56,678 bases of DNA from a virus: IMG/VR virus record IMGVR_UViG_3300005830_000062, positions 1 through 56,678 of that record. One strand, given 5' to 3'. Shown piece by piece: positions 27,854 to 37,026 of the stretch (the stretch's first letter is position 1; each line of letters begins with the position of its first letter). Both the position numbers and the translations under genes were made by a program. Below the pieces are notes generated by a model. That model saw only the letters and a program-made list of their open reading frames with translations. It was not told where the DNA came from and searched no databases.

Positions 27854-28435
27854 CTAACTCTCTCTAATCAAATCTTGAGCAGTAATCTCTTGATAAGAGA
27901 ACTCATTCCAAGCAAGCTCAGTCAAACCTTCTGCTGGGATGGAAGCTCCAATGTCACCTTCCATCTCTATAAGGGCTTTGGCTGTGTTTCTGAGTTCTCT
28001 GGCGGTGACTGAGGTGTCGAGGGTAACAGCTCCGAGACCTCCACCGCCCGCCAACGACTGGCGTTGGGCGACTTTGGATGCATCTGCTGCAATAGCAAGT
28101 AGCACCTTCGCCGCCGCGATTGTTGTATTGCCGCCTGCCGCATCGACAAAGTATTGAATCTCGGCATCACTGAATATGCTCCAATAGTAGGTGAAGTCTA
28201 CTTGAGCACTAGCTGCCGGAGTGACAGTGAAGGTCACTATCCCCTGATCTGCATCTAACGTCCAGTCAGTGTTGATTGCCCCACTGACTCTTACTTCCAG
28301 AGTGGGACTGGTGGAGATATTCCTATGACCTAGTTTGAAATACTTCTGAAGTCCATCACCTTTAGCAGTCTCTCTGGTGATCAGACTCTTATCTGAAGTA
28401 AGTAATCTGACAGCATCAATATCTCCAAGGGTCAT
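27854..28435 (-). CDS. Head-tail adaptor candidate.
   Basis: Position only. Confidence 0.35.
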   Translation of the reverse strand: MTLGDIDAVRLLTSDKSLITRETAKGDGLQKYFKLGHRNISTSPTLEVRVSGAINTDWTLDADQGIVTFTVTPAASAQVDFTYYWSIFSDAEIQYFVDAAGGNTTIAAAKVLLAIAADASKVAQRQSLAGGGGLGAVTLDTSVTARELRNTAKALIEMEGDIGASIPAEGLTELAWNEFSYQEITAQDLIRES

Positions 28436-30147
28436 GAGCTTTGCCCTTCGTTACGCTTGGGACTTCCCCAACTCTCTTGAATAGATGGGAATCCGCCATC
28501 CCTTGTACTTCCGAAGGTTGGCGAAGCATTCAACCAGTACCAGTTACCCCCAACCGCAACAAGAGGCTCGAAGACAATCCCCTGCTGAGTAATCAAGCCC
28601 ACAAGGATGATGGAGGCCTGAACCATCTCCGGTTCAAAAACTTGTCCCAGGTTCTCAATAAGCGGCGGCTGTGGACCGGCAATCAGGACGGTAGGGGCGA
28701 AAATCTGAGGTACCTGGGTAATCAGAGTCAGGGCGACTTGGGTATTGACGGAGGGGGCGAATAGTTGAACGCCGCTGGGAATCAACCCCAACTGAACTTG
28801 CTGTGCAATTATAGGATCGAAGGTGGTTCCTAGCTGTTGAATAAGAGTTGGCTGTATTGATCTGAGAATATTCGGGTCGAAGGTGACGCCCAGTTGCTGG
28901 ATCAAGCCTAATCCAAGAGGAGCATTGAGACTTGGTGCGAACACCTGGCCCAATTGACTGATCAGCTGTGGAGCGATAGCCCCAGCAACAATACTAGGTG
29001 TGAAGACCTGACCAGACTGATCTATCAGAGGTATTTGAACTTGCTGGAGAATATCTGGGGCGAAGAGCTGACCTAATTGTGAGATTAGAGCAGCCTGAAC
29101 TTGTTGATTAACCTGAGGGCTGAAGACAGTCCCCAACTGACTGATCAGCCCAAGTTGAACCTGTTGAGCCACAGATGGGGCGAATGGGGATCCAAGCTGT
29201 TGGATAAGATCTGGGGTAACAAACTGAGCTTGAAGAATAGTAGGATCGAAGACTACTCCCAAGTTAGTGATCTGACCCAGGTCTATAACATTGCCTGTAG
29301 ATGGAGCGAAGACCACCCCGAGCTGAGAAATAAGATCTGGAGTTACAAACTGGGCGCCGATGACCGTGGGTGTGAAAGTTATACCAAGTTGACTAATCAG
29401 GCCCAACTGGACCTGCTGATTGATTTGCGGCGCAAATACCGAGCCCAGTTGTGAGATTAATCCGAGTTGAACCTGTTGATTGATTTGCGGACTGAAGACG
29501 GTGCCAAGTTGAGTTACCAACCCCAATTGAATCTGTTGGTTGATTTGGGGACTGAAAACCAGACCTAAGTTAGAGATTAGGTCTGGTTTAAGTTGGCCTT
29601 GTAGAACCGTCGGCTCCAGGGCAATCCCGAGTTGCTGGATAAGAGCTGGATCCACCGCCTGGGGAACTAAGACGGTAGGATCAAAGGTTACTCCCAACTG
29701 GCTGATTAACCCAGGATCAACTTGCTGATTGATTTGGGGTGCGAATAGTGAACCGAGATTAGAAATCAGATCCGGATAAATGATCTGTGCCTGCAGAAGA
29801 CTTGGTTCTAAAGCAGTACCAAGTTGAGAGATGAGGCTCGGTAGAACTTGCTGGTTAACTTGGGGAGCGAAAGTAGTCCCTAGCTGGCTGATAAGATTAG
29901 GATATATGATCTGTGCCTGAAGTAAACTAGGTGTTAAAACAGAACCTAAATTAGAAATCAGTCCGGGATCTACTCGCTGATTGATTTGTGGGGCGAAGAT
30001 AGAGGGAGTCTGTGTGATTAGTCCAACATCAACTTGTTGATTGATTTGGGGAGCAAAAACTACACCAAGATTAGAAATGAGTCCCATCGGCCCCACAGTT
30101 TGTGGGCCTGGTGCTCCCCCACTCTGAAGTAGAGTTAGAAGAGTCAC
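28432..30147 (-). CDS. Tandem-repeat protein (571 aa) built of 25 units of 20-22 aa.
   Basis: Consensus unit LISQLGxVFAPQINQQVxLG, read 25 times in the track translation. The C-terminal ~45 aa are non-repetitive. Confidence 0.8.
   Translation of the reverse strand: MTLLTLLQSGGAPGPQTVGPMGLISNLGVVFAPQINQQVDVGLITQTPSIFAPQINQRVDPGLISNLGSVLTPSLLQAQIIYPNLISQLGTTFAPQVNQQVLPSLISQLGTALEPSLLQAQIIYPDLISNLGSLFAPQINQQVDPGLISQLGVTFDPTVLVPQAVDPALIQQLGIALEPTVLQGQLKPDLISNLGLVFSPQINQQIQLGLVTQLGTVFSPQINQQVQLGLISQLGSVFAPQINQQVQLGLISQLGITFTPTVIGAQFVTPDLISQLGVVFAPSTGNVIDLGQITNLGVVFDPTILQAQFVTPDLIQQLGSPFAPSVAQQVQLGLISQLGTVFSPQVNQQVQAALISQLGQLFAPDILQQVQIPLIDQSGQVFTPSIVAGAIAPQLISQLGQVFAPSLNAPLGLGLIQQLGVTFDPNILRSIQPTLIQQLGTTFDPIIAQQVQLGLIPSGVQLFAPSVNTQVALTLITQVPQIFAPTVLIAGPQPPLIENLGQVFEPEMVQASIILVGLITQQGIVFEPLVAVGGNWYWLNASPTFGSTRDGGFPSIQESWGSPKRNEGQSS
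28570..30087 (-). repeat. Diverged in-frame tandem repeat of 60-66 nt, about 25 copies.
   Basis: Recurrent ttgatttg(g/c)gg...gaa(g/a)ac blocks on the plus strand. The protein shows the matching periodicity. Confidence 0.8.
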
Positions 30148-30842
30148 AACTTAGATCCAATCATTAGTCGAGCAAGAGGATTGCCGCCAGCTGAAAGATC
30201 GGCTAGATTTATATCATCAACCTTAAAGTTCTTGGAAGATGAACTATCTACGTTCTGTAGAGTAAGTTGGAGTATACCAGCATTCTGAGCGTTGCCGCCC
30301 GGCGCAGTATCAGTATATTCTCGACTCCATGTTCCTGGTTCTGCATCTCCGTCTTTCCACAATCGGTAGCGACAAATAACATCAGAACCACTGTTTTCTA
30401 ATTGCCATCTAATACGAACATGGTCGCTGGTAGTAATACCTGTGAGAATACCGGTGATTGTATCAAGTGTTGTGGGTGTTCCGCCTAGATTTCGGCGGAG
30501 TGAAAGCCCGATACTCCCTGTGCTTCCAAATTGAATCTGGAACCGGTAGTAATCATTTCCAGCATTCTGATATCGAGTTTCGATGCGACAATAGGCGATA
30601 TTGCCTGCTTCAGTGAAATCATCGACTAAAACTCTCAATACGCCTTCTTGATCAGCTACCGCCGTCATAGAATCAAGTCTGGCGGCTCTGTTTGTACTAG
30701 CTGCTGTACTACAAATACCTTCAGACCCATCTACAGAGAACTCAGCAGTTCCATTAACTGTCCAAGCTCCGCCAGTGTCGGCCGTACCCCACTGATTGGT
30801 ACCCAGTGTTCTGGTAAAGGTATCTGTAGCGTAGTTCGTCAT
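30144..30842 (-). CDS. Hypothetical virion-associated protein, possibly a lectin/jelly-roll fold (232 aa).
   Basis: Beta-rich Thr/Gly/Ser sequence. Position in the accessory block. Fold is a guess. Confidence 0.35.
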   Translation of the reverse strand: MTNYATDTFTRTLGTNQWGTADTGGAWTVNGTAEFSVDGSEGICSTAASTNRAARLDSMTAVADQEGVLRVLVDDFTEAGNIAYCRIETRYQNAGNDYYRFQIQFGSTGSIGLSLRRNLGGTPTTLDTITGILTGITTSDHVRIRWQLENSGSDVICRYRLWKDGDAEPGTWSREYTDTAPGGNAQNAGILQLTLQNVDSSSSKNFKVDDINLADLSAGGNPLARLMIGSKL

Positions 30843-31543
30843 GTCGGGTAATAACCTCCCCCGACGAATGGAAAGCCTTCTGCGGGAGTAGGAGCAGAAG
30901 CTTCCCTGACTGCGATGACAGCCCAGGCGCCGTCATCTGAACTCTGCGTCCACGCGAACGTGGTCAGGGCCGCCCCGGTGCCGGTGTATAGGGCCGTCCG
31001 CCGGTTGATGACCGAGACGAAGTTGCCGAAGTCCTGGGAGTGCGACCGGGTGAGGCTGGCGTTGTCGGTGATGGACGACAGCGCGTTCTCGCCGGAGTAC
31101 AGGCCGCCGTAGAGCGCGACTACCGAGCCGCTCGGGATCGTCAGAGATGTCGTGATATTACTGATCGAGGTGCTACTGCCCTCGTCATATCCAATGTTAA
31201 TTCCGCCCGGCACCACCTCAGAGTAACCTGTCGCGCTCGTTCCATCGAACGCGGTCGCGATGTAAGCAGTCGAGCCGCTACGGGTAATTTCAACCGTTTG
31301 CGCTCCGGTTCCTGGAGCATCTATCCACCAGACCGACGTCGTGCCGGACTCGCCGCTCGTGTTGGCGCCGGTGGCGATCCGCGCCATCGAGACCCCGCCC
31401 CATGTGACGTCGGAGGTTTCCTCAACCGCTCCACCTGAAATGACGACGACGCCGTACGCCTTGTTGGCAGTGGTGGGCGACGACCAGTTGCGGGTCCCGG
31501 TTCCCGACGCGAGGTTTGTGGAGCTTCCGAGGGCGATAGTCAT
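30839..31543 (-). CDS. Hypothetical Gly/Ser/Thr-rich protein (234 aa) encoded in a high-GC island.
   Basis: Track ORF. Local GC is clearly higher than the flanks. Confidence 0.45.
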   Translation of the reverse strand: MTIALGSSTNLASGTGTRNWSSPTTANKAYGVVVISGGAVEETSDVTWGGVSMARIATGANTSGESGTTSVWWIDAPGTGAQTVEITRSGSTAYIATAFDGTSATGYSEVVPGGINIGYDEGSSTSISNITTSLTIPSGSVVALYGGLYSGENALSSITDNASLTRSHSQDFGNFVSVINRRTALYTGTGAALTTFAWTQSSDDGAWAVIAVREASAPTPAEGFPFVGGGYYPT

Positions 31544-31546
31544 CGC

Positions 31547-32863
31547 TTAGGACACCAGGTAGTACCAAACGGTGACGGTTAACGGGTTGATTGCCGCTGA
31601 GGTGGTGATCCGAAGATCAGCATCAGCTGCTCCAATGAAAGGCCCCGTCATTACAACACCGGGTTTATTGGTGCTACTTGGCGCAAACTCACCATCGAAG
31701 ATGGCCGGGGTAGTACCCCGTGAATAAGCACCAGTTCCTAAGTAGAGCTGCACCGCCCCTGCTGTGGTACCGCCGGCCTGAATCTGAACACCGGTTACAA
31801 CGATCTGTTGAGAAGCGGAGGCTGTCACCATCAAAGCGCTTGTTAGAGTTGATGTAAACTGAGCAGTGAATGAAGCTAGCTGCCAAGGAGAGCTATTCAA
31901 TCCAACATGTGGAGCATTAGCTACAACTAAAGCTCCACGTCGGTTCGCCCAGAGACCGACCATATCACCATCAGCTGACATAGCCGTCGGTTGCGCAGTG
32001 CTAGCTCTGGCTCCACTAAAGAGAGGATTACCGGCAGCGGGAACATCTACGGCAACTGGACCTACTACCTGAGCATTGAACAATGATGCGGTTGCCTGAT
32101 CAACTGTCAGAGAGCCAGCATTATCCGTTACCGGCCATGGACCTGTTCCTGCGTTGGCCGTGACCGTACCACTGACCGGCTGAGTCGCCTGCCAGAACGT
32201 ACCAGTGACCGGAACTCCACTCTGGTTAGAAGCAATCGCGACCGGCATCGAGGCAGCCATAGTAGCCTGCCCGAGGGCTGTTGGGATGCCGGGAGAATCT
32301 ACTGTCAATGAATCAGCATTATCTGTAACTGGCCACGGGCCGGTTCCGGCGTCTGCGACTATGTTTCCATCATGTTTAGTCCAAAGAGCGCCTCGGTTGT
32401 TAACTCGCAAACCGATCGCATCATCTTCAACTGGGGTTAGGGTAGCAAGTGCATCATCTCGTCGAGCTACAACTAGAGTACCGGTACCAGTAGTACCTAG
32501 AGCTGAATCCTCTGCGTACTGAGTACCGGTCGAAACGGCAGCCCCAGCCGTATCTCTAATGATAACGTTCAGGGCACCGTTCAGGGAAGCCCACAGGCCG
32601 ACAGCATCCCCATCAGCTGAAACGGCGGTGGGGAGGGCGGTAGAACCCCTGGCTCCAACATAGAGAGGATTCCCGGCCACAGCCGCGTCTGCAGCAGCTG
32701 GCCCCTGTGCCCAGAGTCCGCCAGTAGAATCGCCGTTAAGATCTACAGCTGTTCCGTCGGCGCCTAATGAAACCTTTACTCGTTGATACAGGACGCCGGG
32801 GCCTACATCGTCCGCCGCGATGGTGGCCCCAGATCCTGGAGTATATCCAACGTCATCAGCCAC
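31547..32863 (-). CDS. Fiber-like Gly/Ala/Thr-rich protein with an internal duplication (438 aa).
   Basis: AGNPL(Y/F).GAR.ST..PTA.SADGD.VGLWA...GAL.V occurs twice. (D/N)AGTGPWPVTDNA.SLTVD occurs twice. Confidence 0.5.
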   Translation of the reverse strand: MADDVGYTPGSGATIAADDVGPGVLYQRVKVSLGADGTAVDLNGDSTGGLWAQGPAAADAAVAGNPLYVGARGSTALPTAVSADGDAVGLWASLNGALNVIIRDTAGAAVSTGTQYAEDSALGTTGTGTLVVARRDDALATLTPVEDDAIGLRVNNRGALWTKHDGNIVADAGTGPWPVTDNADSLTVDSPGIPTALGQATMAASMPVAIASNQSGVPVTGTFWQATQPVSGTVTANAGTGPWPVTDNAGSLTVDQATASLFNAQVVGPVAVDVPAAGNPLFSGARASTAQPTAMSADGDMVGLWANRRGALVVANAPHVGLNSSPWQLASFTAQFTSTLTSALMVTASASQQIVVTGVQIQAGGTTAGAVQLYLGTGAYSRGTTPAIFDGEFAPSSTNKPGVVMTGPFIGAADADLRITTSAAINPLTVTVWYYLVS

Positions 32864-32866
32864 GAG

Positions 32867-33034
32867 CTATTCCTCTGGCTTTTGTTCTGGCTGTTTCTCT
32901 ATTTTTGAGTTCTCGAGAGCTTGATTTAACCGGCGAATCTCTTCTTGAAGAGCGTTCATCTGGCTACGAATTACTTCTAATTCTACAGTAGCCCGCCCAA
33001 GGAGATAGATCGCGTCGTCCGCCTTGATTTCCAT
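32867..33034 (-). CDS. Small coiled-coil protein (55 aa).
   Basis: Track ORF 32867..33085 trimmed to the ATG 1 nt after the upstream stop. Confidence 0.45.
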   Translation of the reverse strand: MEIKADDAIYLLGRATVELEVIRSQMNALQEEIRRLNQALENSKIEKQPEQKPEE

Positions 33035-33035
33035 T

Positions 33036-33461
33036 TTAGATCTGGAAGATTCCCGACCCGTTCCACTGAACAGTAACATCGGCACTATTCGGGGTGAGAG
33101 GAAGTCCAGTCGCGGTATCCCAGAAAGCGATTAGGTCTGAGGTACCTTCTGTTCCAGTATCCTTGAAGAGGATAAGACTTTCGGACTGATCACCTGTAAG
33201 GGCGGTGAAGACAGTATCAGCCGCATCTGCTACGCCGGCTCCAAGAGTACCAATCGTCTTGGATCCTAATGTTGGGCAAGTAGCAATCGCAGGAACACGG
33301 GCAGCTGAGAGGATATCTGAAATAAACTGATCAGTAGCCGCGACTGGTGTATCGTCTGCATGATCGACGAACATCGCCTTGATAGTGTCGGTATCGAAGT
33401 CACAGTGCGTACCGACACCAATGATGTTCTCTCGATATTTGCGGAAAAGGGCGTTCGCCAT
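33036..33461 (-). CDS. Hypothetical virion-associated protein (141 aa).
   Basis: Track ORF in the structural operon. Confidence 0.45.
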   Translation of the reverse strand: MANALFRKYRENIIGVGTHCDFDTDTIKAMFVDHADDTPVAATDQFISDILSAARVPAIATCPTLGSKTIGTLGAGVADAADTVFTALTGDQSESLILFKDTGTEGTSDLIAFWDTATGLPLTPNSADVTVQWNGSGIFQI

Positions 33462-33464
33462 TTC

Positions 33465-33692
33465 TTATTCCTCTTCCTTATCGACTAAACGGGCGGCCTT
33501 CAGATCGTCAAGAACAGCGAGCTCGGCATCACCTACAGGCCCGAGCCGGACAAGAGCGAGTTTCTTGTCTATCTCAAACTGAATCTCCTGAAGTTCGTTC
33601 ATGAACTTGCTATCAGATTCAGCTCGGGCTTGCATGACCTTCTGTTGAGCTTTAATCAGCCCATCTAAATCAAATGTGGTATAGTTAGCCAC
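33465..33692 (-). CDS. Small coiled-coil protein (75 aa).
   Basis: Track ORF. Confidence 0.45.
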   Translation of the reverse strand: MANYTTFDLDGLIKAQQKVMQARAESDSKFMNELQEIQFEIDKKLALVRLGPVGDAELAVLDDLKAARLVDKEEE

Positions 33693-34008
33693 TTCTGATC
33701 TCCTTGCCGGTCTGTCCTACAATATGGATGGATCCGGTTGTGAAACCCATTCTAAGAATTTGAGGGGGCGGTTTCTTAACTTCGTTACTCAATGAGAATG
33801 GTTGACCGGGGATTTTCTGAAGGAAATCCCATATCTCTGGAGAGACGATTGCAGCCCCCTCCCCATCTAAATTGATGTGATAAGTTTTATGTGTGTGAGT
33901 TCTGTGGCACTGGCCACATTCATAAGGTGTTCTATAGGGTCGATCCCCGGCGACTAGAGTGAATACACAGGTTGTTTCTACTGGGTGTGTTATCCTAATC
34001 CCGGGCAT
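33685..34008 (-). CDS. Hypothetical protein (107 aa) with a CGQCHRTHTH motif.
   Basis: Track ORF overlapping both neighbours by a few nt. Confidence 0.45.
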   Translation of the reverse strand: MPGIRITHPVETTCVFTLVAGDRPYRTPYECGQCHRTHTHKTYHINLDGEGAAIVSPEIWDFLQKIPGQPFSLSNEVKKPPPQILRMGFTTGSIHIVGQTGKEIRSG

Positions 34009-36970
34009 CAGATTTACCTAAGAAAAGCCGACTCCAAGTACTGGCAACCCCAATCCAACTTATGGCTGGGGTATTCAGTTTCACCTTTTTGTGGAGATGG
34101 GCTCTTTCCTTCAGTGGAGTACTTAGTATCTGTATCACAGCTTTCGCATATAGCTCCTGAACTTCCGGGTTCCTAACATCTTCTGAAAGAATGATCCCAG
34201 AACTAACTGTCTCTTTCAAGGCTGCTAAATGATTAGTTACTGGAATGGCCCCGCCCAATTGAGCTTCTATGGCTGTGATGCAGTAAGTCTCAGTGAAGTA
34301 AGTCGGATAAAGCCAAACCGAAGATTTCTGAAATGCTTCAGCTAGTTCCTTTTGGTTAACTCTACCATGTTGAACTACCCCGGCGGTGTTGGCTTGTGCT
34401 TCTAATACTCGTTTCTTGAAATCGGCCAGATGGGGATACATAGGCGTAAACTTGTCTATGTTATTCCATCCATAGTAAAGATGCAATTCAGCTTCGGGAA
34501 TTGCTTCTATTACCTTCGGCCAGATTGATTCTAAGATAATATCTAATCCCCTATCCTGGGACGAGGAATAGATAACCCGCAGCGGATCCCTTTTCACCGC
34601 CTTATCGAACCGGCTGAAATCTATCCCATTGGGAATGATTACCAGCTTATTTGGATCCAAGAAAGGGTAGAACTTGAGCATGTAATTACGGTGCCACTCA
34701 CTGAGAACGACGATGTGATCAAACCGGTCCGCACGTTCTTTGGTGAGACGATCACCGCAGTCGGTATCGTGCATCCACAGGATGAATCGCTTCGTGTGGA
34801 TATCCCAGTCAGCAATTTCTGGCATTCTCCAGGCGATATACAGATCCGACCTCTCTTCCGGGTCGTATCTTGAGGTATCACGGTAAGCGACTCCGTTGTA
34901 GTATCCCGGGGCATCGATGTTAGAATAAACGACCGGAAGATGGCCTTGCTCAGCAAATCCTTCAGCAAGTTTTATGATGGCAGTCTCAGAGCCACCTAAC
35001 CCGCCCGTTTCGAAGACCTTGGGATTCCAGGTCTCGGGGCTTCCCATCGCTCCTATGACTATCTTCTTATCGTATGTAGCCTGAGGCTTATAGTCACAGA
35101 ACAGCCACCCAGTTCCTTGGAAATGAGGAACTTTGTATAGACTCCAGATCCGTCCTCTTGGGGCGATTAGGGCTTCAAGGTCTCTCTCATCGAAGATCCT
35201 TACATGTCCCTTCGGCTCTAATCTATCCCACTCAGGAATTCTACCTCTTTCCCAGGATAGATAAGGAGTCGTAATCGCTATATGTTTAGCGGTCTTTTCT
35301 ACATCCGCGAGAACAAGCGCCGGGTCTACAACGTGTTCTATTACTTCGAAGAAGAGAGCCAGATCCGCTCTTTCTTCTTCCCAGGCTCCGATTTCATCAA
35401 CATTAGAGACCTCGAAACGAGCTTCCACTCCCCATTCTTTCGCTCGTAACGTAGCCAGCTCAATACATCTCGGGTCGAGGTCGTACCCTTTGACCGGGAC
35501 GCCGGTTTCTTTGGCAAGTGGGAGGGTGATGAAGCCATCAGAGCAACCCCAATCTATAATAGATTTGGCTCCGATTCTTTTGGCTACTTCTATGGCAAAT
35601 TTCAAACGAGGAAAGTTAACCCAAGCTGGATCATTAATGGCTTCTTCTGCCATCGGAGTCCAATGTGGATTTCCGGTGTAGAAATCTGCCATCGCCTTTG
35701 GATCAAAGAGATGGGAAGTCTGGAAGAGAGTTCGTTCTCTAGTCTCCTTGATCTTTGGATGATCTTCTATATGCTTAGGTAAAGCATCATAGAGTTTCCG
35801 GGCCTTCACCCATTCGTCATTTCTACCGAGTTGCTCCCTTACTAGAAGGAAAGCATCTACCACTCGTTGGAGATAGATTTCGTTTCTCAGTAGATTGATT
35901 TGTTCACCAATGGTGTCATCTGGGCGAATTTCGTATGCCTTAGAATAGTTTGCAAGAGACATCTCGTAATCACCGAGATGGGCATACGCGCCCGCGAGAA
36001 CAACTAACGGAAAGAGTGTGTAATCCAGAGGATTGACGATCAGCATGGTGTCTGGAGCTGGCTTAGTAGCTCCAGCTTTTGTCATCTCAATTACAGCTCG
36101 ATAGTTTCCCATCGCGCTGTAAGTCTCCGCAAGTCCATACCAAGCATCTGGCCATTCCGGACAGATCTGAATCGCCAAATTGTCTGTATCTATAGCCTTA
36201 GAGAATTCCCCAGAAACCCGATACATGTCAGCGATTCTGTGCATCATCTGGTAGCGTTCTTCTCGCCATCCAGAGAGCTTCACAAATCTCTGACCGTGAA
36301 GAATGGCCTCTTTGAGATTACCCCGCCCGGCATTCTCCGTACAGAGATAACCCAGAATCCTTGGATCGGGATTTGGTTCTTGTTCCGCTAGTTGATCATA
36401 GAGGATATTGAGATTGCGATCTATCTCATGCTTATCCGGCGGTTTATGATGACGAACGAAGATATTATCAACTAGTTTGGATTTAGCCGCATCAAAGTTT
36501 AGTGGAACCAGAGTTTCGTGAACTTTACCTACCCATCTCCAGCCCTTGAACTCCAATTCGTCCTGAAGACGAACAACCCGTTCTCGAACGAGATAGCAGA
36601 TACAATTATCATTCTCATCACGGGCATAATCATAGCCCATGTAGAAACTATCGAGATTAGGATGAGAACGGAGTAGTTGGCGGATATTCTCACCGCCAAC
36701 CAACTCATCGTCTCCATCTAACCACAGGAAATAGTCTCCTGTGGCTCGATCTAGAACTAGATTTCTGGCCTCTGAGAAATCGTTAGTCCACTCGATCGGA
36801 AAGATCTTGTCAGTGAATTCTCGAGCGATTTGCTCGGTGTCGTCGGTGGACTCCCCTCCAAGACCGATTACGATCTCATCTACAAAGGGAGCCACCGACT
36901 CTAAACACCGACGAAGTGTCCTACCCTCGTTACGAACAATCATACCGAGGGTGATGGAGAAGTTATCCAC
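33995..36970 (-). CDS. Four-domain enzyme: GT2 glycosyltransferase, TPR, class I SAM methyltransferase, GT4-like glycosyltransferase (991 aa).
   Basis: GT2: SITLGMIVRNE...LWLDGDDE. TPR: AWYGLAETYSAMGNY, AYAHLGDYEMSLANYSKAYEIRPDD. MT: IIDWGCSDGF...LFFEVIEHV. GT-B: GGLGGSETAIIKLAEGFAEQGH. Confidence 0.75.
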   Translation of the reverse strand: MDNFSITLGMIVRNEGRTLRRCLESVAPFVDEIVIGLGGESTDDTEQIAREFTDKIFPIEWTNDFSEARNLVLDRATGDYFLWLDGDDELVGGENIRQLLRSHPNLDSFYMGYDYARDENDNCICYLVRERVVRLQDELEFKGWRWVGKVHETLVPLNFDAAKSKLVDNIFVRHHKPPDKHEIDRNLNILYDQLAEQEPNPDPRILGYLCTENAGRGNLKEAILHGQRFVKLSGWREERYQMMHRIADMYRVSGEFSKAIDTDNLAIQICPEWPDAWYGLAETYSAMGNYRAVIEMTKAGATKPAPDTMLIVNPLDYTLFPLVVLAGAYAHLGDYEMSLANYSKAYEIRPDDTIGEQINLLRNEIYLQRVVDAFLLVREQLGRNDEWVKARKLYDALPKHIEDHPKIKETRERTLFQTSHLFDPKAMADFYTGNPHWTPMAEEAINDPAWVNFPRLKFAIEVAKRIGAKSIIDWGCSDGFITLPLAKETGVPVKGYDLDPRCIELATLRAKEWGVEARFEVSNVDEIGAWEEERADLALFFEVIEHVVDPALVLADVEKTAKHIAITTPYLSWERGRIPEWDRLEPKGHVRIFDERDLEALIAPRGRIWSLYKVPHFQGTGWLFCDYKPQATYDKKIVIGAMGSPETWNPKVFETGGLGGSETAIIKLAEGFAEQGHLPVVYSNIDAPGYYNGVAYRDTSRYDPEERSDLYIAWRMPEIADWDIHTKRFILWMHDTDCGDRLTKERADRFDHIVVLSEWHRNYMLKFYPFLDPNKLVIIPNGIDFSRFDKAVKRDPLRVIYSSSQDRGLDIILESIWPKVIEAIPEAELHLYYGWNNIDKFTPMYPHLADFKKRVLEAQANTAGVVQHGRVNQKELAEAFQKSSVWLYPTYFTETYCITAIEAQLGGAIPVTNHLAALKETVSSGIILSEDVRNPEVQELYAKAVIQILSTPLKERAHLHKKVKLNTPAISWIGVASTWSRLFLGKSDARD

Positions 36971-36993
36971 CGCCGCCTACCTGATCCTTTCTA

Positions 36994-37010
36994 GTACCTC
37001 CAAGAGGTAC
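36994..37010 (-). promoter_or_regulatory. Stem-loop between the capsid gene and the GT fusion (possible attenuator).
   Basis: GTACCTC-nnn-GAGGTAC, a perfect 7-bp stem in a 56-nt gap. No U tract. Confidence 0.3.
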
Positions 37011-37026
37011 GGAGGAGAGTCACGAA

